Source: Octopus sinensis
Taxonomy: Eukaryota
Assembly: GCF_006345805.1 (NCBI RefSeq)
Contig: NC_042999.1
Coordinates: 95,356,001 to 95,420,000 of the forward strand
Length of the DNA: 64,000 bases
Direction: 5' to 3'
Positions 24,390 through 37,392 of this stretch are shown piece after piece (position 1 is the stretch's first letter; each line of letters opens with the position of its first letter). The notes beneath the pieces were generated by a model that was given only the letters and a program-made list of their open reading frames with translations, was not told the origin of the DNA and searched no databases. A program made the translations under genes and the position numbers.

Positions 24390-25990
24390 TATGACCATTT
24401 TCCATGCTAGCATAGGCTGGGTAGTTCATCATGGTCTGAGTTCAGTTTTTAATTTGTAAGGACTGCACTTTTATATGGGTTAGGGGATCACATCTTATAT
24501 GTTCTATCCTTAGCTTGGTTTTTATTGCTGGATACTCTTCCTAACAGAAATCACTTTACAAAGTGTGTTGATTGTACACTTTATCATGACACCAGCACTA
24601 CAGAGATTGCTATGTTCTCAACAAGATTATAGAGTCCCCTCAATAGCATATCTTTGCTTGTTCACCAACTACTTTACAGAATAAACTGGGTTCATTTTAC
24701 CATGGCACCAGTGCTAGTTGAAGTAGCTTGTATCCTGTATGACAGATGACCTTCACTACTCTACAGAATATTTATTCACCCAAAGCAACATAACCAAGTG
24801 GGCAAAGAAAACATTGGCAGAACCAAGATGACTGAAGTAAGAGGGTGGTAGATGGGAAGAAAGAATGATGGATGTCTTTAACAAGTGGCTTGGAGGAGAG
24901 GAGTTACGACTGGCAGTATAGGTATGGTGATGGATTAATGTATCAAGTACAAATTGATCTGATGCAATCATTTATGCATAATTTACATGGTGGGTAAGAG
25001 AATTAGAATGATAAGAATGGTGGTAGGGGAAACAATATGTTTCAATGCCAACTCTTACTACATGGGTGGCATGGTAAGCAAACTGGATATCAGACAGTTC
25101 TATACCTAGTTTTTCAGGCTGTGTGGTACAGTGAATAGAAGAAAGAGTAAGAGTTGAGAGGGTATCAAAGAGACAGGAGACAATGAATGTAGATTTAACA
25201 GGAAGAAACTATGCCAGAGATCCAAATGTTGATATATATAGTGCCCCATCAATACCACTATTTTCGTATCTATTTCACTATGCTTGCATGGGTGGGTGAG
25301 TGGGTGGTTCTCTTCGGCATTTTGTGTCACCAATCATTATACCATTTCTTGTTAGACTCCGTATCTAACAGTAGATCAAGCTTCATTTTGTCACGTGTAA
25401 TGCTGAGCCTCCCACTTCCAAATGTTCCATCCATGTTGAGCATCCTGCATTTCTTTACACAACTGTCACCCTCTGTACATGATATACCCGTACTAATGCA
25501 GTCTTCCCTTTTGCACATTACATCTGATTCTTATATACCACTATTCTATTAGCTCACTTGTATTTTGTCATTCATGCACACTAACATTACATCTAGCAGT
25601 ATATACTTATTTAATTGCTTTCTAGTCTTTATACATCCTTTGTATTTGAAGCTTAGTGCTGAATAGTAACACTTCTTGCTACTTTGCAGCATCACGCTTT
25701 GTACATAAGCATCAAACAGTTTTCTCTCCTCCAACTCTTACCTGGGTGTTATGTTTTTTTAACATCACCACCACTATTAACTAGGTTACCTATGTAACAA
25801 AGTAACAATGATTTCCTTTGGCGCTGCCCAGGTATTTCAGAAAATCTATTTCTGATGTGTTTCTAGAGTTTCTATATTCTGAGCAACTTGCTGCATATAA
25901 AATCTTTTTCTTTCCATTAGCCTGCATGTAATTACATTATTCTCCTCCTCTTGTGCATCCGTAGTTTACACTGAGTACACTATGGAAATC
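24390..25990 (-). mobile_element. Old decayed RTE LINE remnants
   Basis: LFDAYVQSVML and SCVKKCRMLNMDG remnants; a CCATGCTAGCAT 3'-UTR motif shared with younger RTE copies. Confidence 0.55.
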
Positions 25991-26366
25991 CTATCTACTC
26001 CTTTTCTGAATTTCAAGCATAGACTTTTCTTGACAATAACAGGATTCTGTTTTCTTTCCTACTTTAATCCTGTTAAGTTTTCATTGAGGCCTCATATTTA
26101 TCAGTATAAATGTTTTATCTCCACACATTTTGTGACCAATTTTGTATGACTCACTTTTTATTGCTTGTATAGGTTCTTGTCATCAATAAAGAAATATTGT
26201 TGATGTTCTGCATGTGAAACATCAACATTACATAATCATGTTAGAATCTCCAAAAGTGCAATTCAAGAGAAAGCAGTAGTCTGCCTTACCTGGAAAAAAC
26301 ATGATGTTGAGTGAGGCTATAAATCACATATAACAGGCATGTTCTATGTAATATGTTCTATAACTG

Positions 26367-26529
26367 CAGGCATAATTTGTGTGGTTAAGAAATTAACTTA
26401 CTATTGTTTGTTGTCAAGTTCAGTCCCACTGTGTGGAACTTAGGGCAAGTATCTTCTACTACAGACCTGCGCCAATCAAAGCCTTGCAAATGGAATTTAT
26501 TGATGGAAACTGAAAGAAGCCTTCATATA

Positions 26530-26564
<35 letters not shown>

Positions 26565-26770
26565 CTGTTTGTGTCTCCCATGTTGTGACTTAGTGCAACT
26601 GGCCTTTGTTTCCAGCTTGCCATGGAAGCATATCTGTTCATGAGAAAGTATTACCTTGATTGGAAACAGGTGAGAGTTGACAACAGGAAAGGTATCTGGT
26701 CATAGGAAATCTTCCTCAGGGAATTTAATGTGGCCTATGGGGAAAAGTGGACATTAAAATGATGATGATA
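26367..26770 (+). mobile_element. SINE family B, full length, with RTE-like tail
   Basis: tRNA-like head, internal (TG)n, and a 3' end GGACATTAAAATGATGATGAT matching the RTE 3' end. Confidence 0.75.
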
Positions 26771-27175
26771 ACAACAGAAGACTGAGCAGGGGATTAAGAA
26801 AGCAGTATTTGAAATTGAAAAATTGCAATCAACCTGGGTAATAAAGTGTTCTGGAAATATGTGCATTCAAAATAGACACCTTGCTCTTCAGTCATATGCT
26901 CTCTGCAGTTCTCGTTGTAGAGAGCTTATTGCTGAATTTTCACTGGCAATTTCAATGTTGAAAGTCCAAATGTGCGTCTTCACTACACTTACACAAGATT
27001 CCATAAAATATGATAAATTTACTCATGCAATGCTATCAAGTCACCTCAGGTGTAAGTGTAATTATGCTTCCTCTGGTCTTGATGGACTACTTATCTGCTG
27101 CTCAAACATGGTGACCTCTTCTGATGCATTAACTTTCATGTCTAATTCTGCTTTAATAATTACATGACCTTAAAA

Positions 27176-27691
27176 CAAGAGTGGAGAAACCCCCGCCCGC
27201 GGGTACAATTGTGCCCGGTGGCTGGTATATTCATATATTCAAAATATAGTCAATTTTACAATTATAAAATTTATACAATACTCATATGCCTCTTTGCAAC
27301 ATAGGTCACATTTCCACTATGACTTAAAACGGTTAGACTCGAACAGAAAATCGTCCAGCAATTGCCATTTGAATGAAAATTTTGTTTTCACTATAAAACA
27401 CATATTGCTAGGTTTGTACCATCTCCTTGAGACCCAACTACACTCTAGCTGAAAAATATAGAATACCTCAGAAGTAATATAAACGTCCTAAATTCAGTGG
27501 CAGCATTAATGAAGTTGTTACTTGTTAATTTAATGTGTTAAACTTATCTTTATCAATGTATATACATAATAATGTATATGCATAAACATATACAAGATTT
27601 ACACAGATATAAGAGTTAGAACTTGTGATCCACCCGCGGACCTCTTTTTTGGAAATTTTTGCCTGCCACACTAAAAATTTCTCCACCCTTG
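27176..27691. mobile_element. Non-autonomous hAT-type element (MITE)
   Basis: TIRs CAAGAGTGGAGAAA / TTTCTCCACCCTTG; 8-bp TSD CCTTAAAA (27168) / CCTTAAGA (27692). Confidence 0.8.
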
Positions 27692-27749
27692 CCTTAAGAC
27701 AATAGAAAATTGCTAGTTTAGCCCTCTGTTTAAAAAATGTGATCATACA

Positions 27750-28300
27750 TTACCTACCAGCTATTGAACAGTCAGCCTCACATAATGTATCACCAAAGTA
27801 ATGGAGTCCTGTGTCAGAGAGACTCTCATAGCTTTATTTGAATTCCATATCTAAAAAAAAATTTCCTAACTCCAGTTATTATAGCCAACTCATTGGATTT
27901 CTTGAATATATCACTTGAATCACAGATGATGCTCATGAATAGTTGTTGTTTACCTAAAACTCACCAAATGACTGATGGACACAAGAGATATTCTTTGTGA
28001 CTGGTTAAAGTCCTTTATTGATTGAAAAGAAGTAATCATGGTACTGAGACAATATTCTGCACCCTTTACATTAAACTATGTAGCCCTACAGGCATCTGTC
28101 CTTGATCTACTATTGTTTGTAGTATATGTTAGCAAAACATGCCAACTTGAAGCACATTACTGTGTTAAAATATGTTATATTAAACTGTGCCATGACAAAA
28201 TGGACAAATTCTATACTTTCTAGCTCTTTCCCTCAGGCTGACCTGGAAATAATGCAGCAATAGATTGCAGTCTATCACCAAGCAGGTTATATGCAAGCAC
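27750..28300 (+). mobile_element. Decayed CR1-type LINE RT fragment
   Basis: TKVMESCVRE and LQASVLDLLLFVVYV remnants. Confidence 0.5.
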
Positions 28301-30539
28301 ACCCAAATACACTTTGAGAAGAAAAACTTGGAATTTACTCACTCTCTTCACAACTCCATCCTTACAAAATTAGTTGGTGATTATGAGCTGAATAATGATC
28401 GGTAGTGGACAAACTATGTGTCTAAAATCATCAAACAAATCAAAAGTGTATAGCATTCCTGACCATTGTCAGCTGTATATGACTATGGTACATCCACATT
28501 GTTTACATCTCCTGTCTGGAACCCCTATCTTGTATAGAATATTGATTTATCTAGCAGTATGCAACCAGATGTCTTACCTTTTGGGGCATTGACATACTAA
28601 AGTTTTGTCATCTAGCAACTGACTGCTACTTTCTGTTTACTCTTGTCCCCTTATCTGATGAAATGTAATGCCCCTAAGCACTTTATACAATAAATTCATT
28701 ATTAGTGATTATTAGGATAATGAGAAGCTTTACAATAAACCAAATGATGACTCTGAAATATCCATCCCACTCAACATAAAATGACTACAACTCATGAACA
28801 TTTCTTATTGTAATCATGTCTTCATTTTTTCAATCTAATTTGTATTTCTAATAAGAAACCATCATCTGGAATGAAGGTTGTTCGCAAATTATGAAATTAA
28901 GTCTCAGTACAATGCAAGTGGCATTATGAAAGATAAGAATGAAAGAAATTCTATGTTATCCTATAATGTTAGACCACTTATAATTTCTCAGTAGAATGAA
29001 TGCAAATACATTTGGTGGTAACATTGATACTTTCTCTTTGTTTACATTTAGAAGACATCAGTCTAGTCAGTTGTTGTGTAGTAATATTTAAAAGAATGAT
29101 CTATTAGAGATGTAGAGTTTGTATGCCAATTCTGCATTTCAGGTTATAGTTCTTGTTACGGAACATATAAAAAATGCATAGAATAATAATTCGATTTTAA
29201 TCTCTTATATTAAAACCTTCAGCTCAAATCTATCAACAGATTTTGGTAATACCTTAAAGGCTGTTCTATGATTTATAATTGAATATTTATACTGGTTATT
29301 TTTACTACTGAAAAATTGTCAGATGAAATAGTTTTTCAAATTTACTAATTTATGTTCTGAATAATTGTTCCATTCAAAATAATTAAAACAACTTTAAAAT
29401 CAATACAGAGCTATTTGATTTATCTATACCTCATTCATTTTCTAGCTGCTGTTGTATTTAACATATCTAATTACTTGCAAATAGGCAAATGCAATCCTAA
29501 AACAAAGTGATTGATTTTATGTATATAATCTTGTGCTAGATTTCTAATTAACCAGGCAGCTTATCTTGATGTGTTATTTAGTGATTAAGATTTAAAATGC
29601 AACTGAATTAATAAGAACACAGCTTGATCTGATAGGAACTTGTTAAAAAATGTCAAAATTAATGATTATTTGACAGAAAGATTCTCGAAACAAGCATGTT
29701 TGATCATCAATTTATATTTGAAATAACAAATATGACAACCATTACTTTTGAAATATATGTTGTTCAATGTATGATGCAATTAGCACAAGAAATTTTATTC
29801 TTATAAGAAATTTGCATTAGAAAGAATTGATACGAGGTCATTAAAGATTTATGACAGGATGAGCATGGCATTGTAATTCAAAATGACATTATAGCTGAAT
29901 GTAGTCATTGTAAATAATGATGGAAAGCAATTTCTTCTATGAATAAAAAGCTATGAATATCTGTAATTTTCCTTTTATGTTTTAAAATATAAAACTACTT
30001 CAATGAATATGGTAACCATCACACTTATGGCTATCCTTAACATTCATATAAATTAGTTGTATTTCAAAATATTTGGTTTTAAATGATACCTCTGGAAATT
30101 ATTTCAGCTTCTTGATAGTTATAAGTTCAAGTGTATCTTAACTTTTCATTTTCAAACCTTTTTGTAATAAAAATTTTATACGTTTTAGTTTTGGTAATTT
30201 GTGTGGCTATTTCTTTCATAATTTCTTTTAAAAGCTTAATAAATAAGTTGTATGCCTAAAATGTTAGCACGAGTCATCATTTGTACTGCTGGGATAATTC
30301 TTCTGGCTGTTAATTTCATCTTTTATAATAGTTTAGTCTACCAATTGCCATCAAGGGCTATATATATGCACATAAGCTTGAGTTGGGATTAATGTCATAA
30401 ACTTTTATTGCATGCAGGATTAGACTATACCAGATAAGTAGCAAGTCGTTATTCTAACTGTATACTCTTACTGTATGTAGTATGATCATTATTCATCTAT
30501 TAATATATTTAGATGGTTTTATATATTTAATTATCTTCT

Positions 30540-31880
30540 ACCAGAATGGCTTCATGAGTAGCACCCGTGCATAGAAAGAGCCTTCATACTTGCTACTTGC
30601 TTTTTTTCTAACTCCACAATGCACACTGTCAAGATTACATCAGAACTTCTTTCCTCTACCTCAACATACAAGTGTGCAAACAACTCTAGTTGCTTCAAGT
30701 AAACATGTCTCCTGGCACTGACAGCAATTTTTTTGTCTGCAGAACTGGTCTGTCTGTGCCAAATGCTTCAATTTTCCTTTCTGTCTTTTAGGATCTATTC
30801 TAATCTTAGGAAACATGCTTCTGTATGTCCCATCCCAAAGAATGGTACAATATGTCTAACCCTGTTGACTATTGATCTATTATTCTCAAACTCAGTATCT
30901 ACAAAGTAATGGAAACAGTCATCAACTATCACATACTCCAAGACCTTGAGCTTCACTCCCCAATCACCTCCTGTAATTTTCAATATAGATAGATATACTG
31001 AAGAATTACCCTCTTGTTCAACACATGATAGGTCTCTGACTCTTGAGAAGTTTGCAAAAGTAGTTGTATATTTGTCATCAACTAAGTCTTTGATTATGTA
31101 TAGGAAAAGAATCTGGTTAAGGTGTGCACCTATCTGTCTGTCAAAAAATGACAGACAGATAGGTGGAGATATACTAATGTTACCTCTTTCATTAGCAAGG
31201 AAACATAAACACTACTTTTATAAGTACTGCCTTAATAAATACTACTCATACTAAAAAAAAAACAGCATGCAGATTTATGCTCTCATGATCACTCCAAATG
31301 TTGAACCACTCTATCACTGAGAATCTCTCCTGGCAAAAGCACATCCTTAAGATAACTAGAATGCATTCCTATATCTAGCCTTTCTTTTTAGGATCAGTAG
31401 ATACCTCCATCCTCAACACTTATTGACATTCTACAAAGCTTGAGTGAGATCTTTAATGGAGTATTGCCCCCTCACTTGGGACAGTGCTACTGCTGCACAC
31501 ATAGACAATTGCTACCTGTCAAACCGACTTAGTCATTCATAAACATGCTTCAACCTCTGCTCTTTGCAGCTGGCTGGGCTCATGCCACTTCTGTTTAGGC
31601 ATTCTCAAAGCACTCATCTTCTTACCCTCTTATCACTTTTGCTGAGTCCCCTACCCACACATGTTTTGCATTAACCACTATGCTCAGTCCTTTCAGTCTA
31701 GAATGTTGGCAAATCAGAATATTGGAATCCCCTCCTATCTCATGTTGTTCCTGCAAATGACTTGCAACGGTTCAAGTAGGACAATTATTGCTTCAGTCTT
31801 ACTGGTTTTAGAAGACCTGCAAAGGCAATAGGCTTTGTCCCTTGCTCCAGACTCAACAAGTAAAATAAAATAAAATAAAA
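30540..31880 (+). mobile_element. Decayed CR1/L2/Jockey-group LINE remnants
   Basis: KHASVCPIPKNG..NPVDY*SI..IYKVMETVIN remnant; (TAAAA)n tail near 31860. Confidence 0.55.
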
Positions 31881-32329
31881 TCCTTACATCAAATTAACAC
31901 TGCCTCCAAGAACAAAGGCCTGACAAGCATGAAAATCTTGTCCCTTTCAACAACATAAATGCAATCATCACACATCTCTCTAGTTTTAGACAATATACAG
32001 TTTAAAATCAAAATCGCTACAGATTTTTGGTCTCTGATGATCTGTTATTGCAATCTCATATTCAAAGCAATAAAAGCTGATTTGAGCCAAAACTGTGTGG
32101 CGACCAACATACCAAAGAATAAAGTCAATGTCTCTTCTAAATGTTGTAAAAGGCAACTAAAAAAGGTTCTGGTTGAATCTGCACTCAAATCTTGCAAACC
32201 CTCACCAGCTACAACCTCTTATACAAACCCCCAAAATTCTCTTCTCTGGGGAAGTATCTCAACTGTTCATACAACTGCATGTTGTATGAAGTAACTGAAG
32301 TAAAGCCATCAGGAACCCCATCCACTCAA

Positions 32330-33800
32330 CAGAGAAAACCCTAGAGAAATGGCTGAATTGAAGGGTTCTTGCCTGAGTGGTGCAAAGTTGTCATCTGCCA
32401 GGAGTTATAAGTTTTGGTTCAACCTGATGAGGACTATTTGGGTGGGGACCTGGAATGTTCTCTCTCTGAGGGATGATTCCTGTCTGCTCCTGTTGTTTTT
32501 GGAAGTTGGCTGTTTGCAAGTTACTGTTGCAGCCTTTCGGAGGTGTGTTGGCTAGGGAGGGTGACACCTCAACCAGTAATTAGACCGGCTACTAGTCTGG
32601 GTACTCTGATGGCTGGCATGCCGATGGGGTAGCAGTTGCAGTAGCCAACTGGCTGGTTCAATAGTATTAAATGTAATTACCTGTCAATGAGTGTTTTATA
32701 TGGCTGAGGATTCAGCATTCTCTGAGTGTCATTTCTTTGGTTGTAGTGTATGCTCCACCTGTTATGAGTGGCTGGTTGGTGAACAAAACATTCTACACCC
32801 ATTTGTGCTCTGTCATGGTAAGAGTCCCCAACAGAGACATTTTCTTTGTCATGGAAGATTTCAATTCATCAACTAGGGTTGACAATGGGATACAAGAGCA
32901 TTGTCAACCCTTTTGGATCTGGTAGTGTGATGTTCCTGGATTTTTCCAAAATTCATGGACTTTACATTGTCAGCTACCAATGTCTTGAGCTGCATCACTT
33001 CGCATTGCTGGCTACCAATGTCCTGAACTTTATTACTGGACTTGGTATTTCAGTACTGGCTTTGTAGCAATGGCAACTATGTACTTGTAGATGGCTATGA
33101 AAACTTCTACCGAACTACAGGGTTTTTCAGGGAACTAGTTTCTTGAGCACTGACTACAGACTTGTGGTTGCTTGAGACTGTGATTGAAGTCAAAGAGGCT
33201 AAAAGTAGTTACTCCTAAACTAGATGTTGACAGGCTCAAGGACAACAGTATAAGCAAGACTAATTTGCAGCAACATGGATTTGTATTACCTGGGGCTGAC
33301 TCTTTGTCTGAACCTGTGGGAATGTAGAAAGCTTACAGGGACACCCTACTATCAACTGCTAGGGAATGTACTGGTTTCCAAAAACAGGGCACTGTCCATT
33401 CCCTTTAGAACTGCCTGAATTCCTTTGGTACCAGGACACTTTGCAGGATTATGGTTTACTTTAGTCAGATTTCTTACGAAACTAATGACTCTACTCAGAA
33501 ACTGGGATGCATCTTGTTACTTGTAGAGCTCAGACTATTTGGCTATGTTGCTTGATTTTCTGAGTTGAGATTTTCTGACCCTGCTTACTGTGTTCTCTTC
33601 ATTGAGTATCTGGCTGGGTTGACAGTTGGTGTTGGTTGACCACATGCCATGTCGCCATAGCAAATAAGGAAGTATCTCAGTGAGATGGTGACTGACTGGG
33701 ACTCTACTTGATGAGTTGCCTAGGAGGATCTGGACATACACCAACAAATGGTGAATGCAGTAATGTGCTGCAGCAGTGCATGCCCCAACACCTGACTTGA
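32330..33800 (+). mobile_element. Decayed, internally deleted RTE-type LINE (AP endonuclease and C-terminus)
   Basis: VGTWNVLSL, VVVYAPP, MEDFNS and TDYRLVV endonuclease motifs; C-terminal remnant with a TGACTTGA tail near 33794. Confidence 0.7.
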
Positions 33801-34738
33801 TCTTCCATTTAAGGAGCCAGAAAATTCTTCAGCTCCAAACAGTTATCCAAGTGCAAGCATGGCTGTGCAGTTAAAAAGTCCACTTTGCAACAACTTGATA
33901 CTATGTTTGATTCCGACACTCAGTTACTAATCTTCTACCATTGCCTTGAGTTGAGAAATTCTTTGTGAATGAAATTTGTACTCTAGGAACTGTGAAACCT
34001 ATTGCATATGTATATATATGTTGGTAAAAAGTCTAAATACGACATGAAAACTGATTAACCAGTAACTGCAAATCAAAAAAGCTTTGATAATTGTTCTGTC
34101 TGTATTGCACCTCTGCTCTCTTGTTGCTTTCACTATCATAATGACATCTCCCAATAATTGATTGACTCACTGGAATACTGTAACCAATAAAGCTATTGTT
34201 TGTAAAATGTGATATGAAATAAAATTTCAAAAAAATAAACAGCCGCTTTGTTTTTCGTGCAACCACCATCTTACTTTTGTTCAATAGGGACATTCATTTC
34301 TTCAATCTCATTGGTCTTGGATGACTTGCAAAAGCCGTGACAGCGGCTCATCCTCCTGACTGAATCATTAAAAAAAGAGAAAATAACTTACCCCAAAACT
34401 AGCTGTCCACTGCCCTATTTACTGATATTGCTTTTTGGTACTGGTTATTTGCATACTACCTCCATCCAAGCATACACAACAGACTCATCTCCCTAGATAT
34501 TTTCGCTCATTCTTTGTCTCACTCCTCCAGGTCCCACAAAAACACCTGAGCCCAAATTTTCCTCCCTGGAACACCAACTCACTGGAATCCTCTTCCTGTG
34601 CACATTTGTCTTTCAGACACCAGTTTGTTGGTGTCCAAATTGAAGATTAACTGTATCATTTCCACCAGTCTTAGAGAGCTTGTGGAGATCATAGGCACAT
34701 TCTTGCCCTATTGATGAAATAAGTATTGTAAAGAAAAC

Positions 34739-35145
34739 AATTCATGCACATTATTTACATTTGACGGATATTTGTCCTCATCTTGTTTGTCGTTAACACA
34801 ATGTTTCAGCTGATATACCCTCCAGCCTTCATTAGGTATCTTGGGTAAATTTTGAATCTGAGTTCTCATTCCTAAGGTATTTTTCGATGTTATTATTATT
34901 GTTGTTGTTGTTATTATTATTCAAGTCACTGCCTGGAATCGAACTCAGAATCTTGGGGTTAGTAACCACCACTACTACTAAGAAGAAGAAGAAGAACCCA
35001 GGTTCAAAATTTCTCCAAGACACCTGATGAAGGCTGGAGGCTATATCAGCTGAAACGTTGTGTTAATGACTAACAAGCTGAAAACAAATATCCGTCAAAT
35101 GTAAATAATGAACATAATTCCTTATCTCTTAAATACAGAATTGTA
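34739..35145 (-). mobile_element. Fold-back element: tRNA-like head, (AAT/AAC)n spacer and hammerhead-containing inverted arms
   Basis: Arms 34739-34866 and 34993-35119 are reverse complements. The centre carries a minus-strand B-box-like GAGTTCGATTCCAGG. Confidence 0.8.
35019..35064 (+). ncRNA. Minimal type I hammerhead ribozyme motif
   Basis: GACAC CTGATGA A GGCTG-loop-CAGCT GAAA CGTT GTGTT: stem I, core, stem II, GAAA and palindromic AACGTT. Predicted cleavage after 35059. Confidence 0.7.
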
Positions 35146-36044
35146 TTAACAATTTGTGTAAATTTGATAGCTGATTAGTAAAGCTTGTAACGGGTAATTT
35201 CACTGAACTATACCTTTCCTGCATATTTCAAATTTAAATTTCTAATCATTTCCTTTATCTTTTTGATTGGTTGATTGTATTAACTTCACAACCTTAATTG
35301 TTGATTGATTCCAGTTTGTATTGATCCCACTCAAGGTTTTTCTATCTTGTTAATTTTTTTGTATTGCTTCTGAAATCATTTATAACTGGCCTTTGTGATG
35401 ATTGATACAATTCTAAGCTATAGTTGGGTGGCTGATATTCTTATTTTCTTATAAGCATGTATAGTGTATCTACACCTCTTGTAGATGGAGAATTGTTATT
35501 CCTGCTTGCAATATCATGCTTCTAGACTTAAACCAACCAAGCTGGGTAGATATTAGTTTCTTTTGCATAAGCACAACTACATATTTATAACATATTGGGC
35601 ATATTTGGTAAAACTAACCCTGTATATTAATGGTGTTTTTTTTATTGTCTTATGGTTTGAAAGTCAAAAGGTGATCAAGTTAAAATATTTTTCATATTTT
35701 TGTCATAATTTTTTTTCTTTTCACTCACATTATTAGCTTTATAAAGTCCATCGAGCAATTTTTGTACATATCCTCTATGTAGAAAATTAGAATAAAGGTG
35801 AGAGAAATGAAAAGGAAATAATTCAACTGCTCACATGAACATCAAGCATGGTTAGAATCATTCTTGCAAATATTTGATTTTGTTGCTTATTTCATTCAAT
35901 TATGGTATGGGATAGCAGTAGGTGTTCTTTTTGTGTATACACTATTAATTGGATTGTGTACCTGATGACTAAGCTGTCTTAATTACTTTGGCTATACTTC
36001 CTGAACTAATGGTTTCCTTGATGTCATGGTGTAGAATGTATCTT

Positions 36045-36094
<50 letters not shown>

Positions 36095-36309
36095 CACACA
36101 CACACACACACACGTATATATGTATAACTTTTATCATCACCATCATTTAATATTTGTGTTGCATGCTGGCATGAGTTGGATTGTTTGATAGGATCTGATG
36201 TGTCTGAAGACTCCACTGTGCCCCTATGTCAGCTTTGGCATGATTTCTGCAGCTGAGTGTTGTGGTATTCTGAGATGTTGTATGGGTTTCTTAAAGATAA
36301 GGAATTATC

Positions 36310-36624
36310 TACCTTGTTGGACATTGTTATCACCATACTCACCTGATCTTGCCCCCACTGATTACCACTTCATCCAGAATTTGGATAACATTTTGATAGG
36401 AAAAAAAATTAATTCTGATGATGCTGTAAAACAGGCCTTCCAAGATTTTATTGACTCTAGATTGCCAGGCTTTTACAGTTCCAGGCTGGACAAGCTACTG
36501 CTGAAATGGCAAAGGTGTATTGACAATATAGGTGTATACTTTGATGAATAAAACTATTCCTTGCATTTATAAAACATTAGCAAAATTTTTTTTTTCTACA
36601 AATTTCATACTTGGCGACCTAATA
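36310..36624 (+). mobile_element. Mariner 3' fragment with TIR
   Basis: PYSPDLAPTDYHF...KWQRCIDNIGVYFDE*; terminus ...GGCGACCTAATA. Confidence 0.88.
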
Positions 36625-37392
36625 TATCTGTGTAGTAGTAACACTTTCCTAGATGTGGTTGAGGTATTCCATTGTGATTATCACTTGAGTTTTGTTGTGT
36701 GTTTGTTGTTGGAGACTGAAGTCTTTTCTGGTTCTAAAGTGGAGGACCAGTATTTGTGGTTCAGCCATTGCTACCCTGAGCATATGCATTCTCAAGACAA
36801 ATCCTTAGTGATAGTGAAACACACTTTCCTAGCAATATTGAACGTTCTATCTGCATGCTGTTCATGTTTAGCAGGGAAGGCTGGGTACATTAACATTAAT
36901 TTAAGTTCAATCTAAAGTAGAAATATCTCTATCAGCTAGGTTTGATGTCTCCATATAAAGTTTTTAAAATGAGAGTAAAATGATGAATATACCATTCTAT
37001 GTATAAATGACTCGAGCTTGTTTAAATTATTTCCAAAATGATTTTCGAAACAATTCTGAATATATAACTTATAAGATGTGTTACTAAAATGTTTGTCTTT
37101 ATATATATTCTTAGAAGAAATCTTTGAGCCCATTGTTGCTTTTATAAAGTATATATAAATTAAAACCTTCAAACAATATTTGCTAATATTAATCATCACT
37201 AATATATGAACTATAAAAAATTTCTTTGAGGGAGATAGTTTGCTTATGATGATTAGGCAATATGTGTATAAATATGAATAAAAGTGCTTATTTAAAATGA
37301 ATTTTGATAGAAATGTAGCTTTTTGCGCATAATGACCATTCCATGCATGTTGGTTAAGTTCTGTTTCATTTCAATATTTTAATCCTAGAAGT

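Noticed and set aside
34925-34970. tRNA gene
   Set aside because: Only a T-arm/B-box-like part is present with no full cloverleaf; treated as a SINE-like head.
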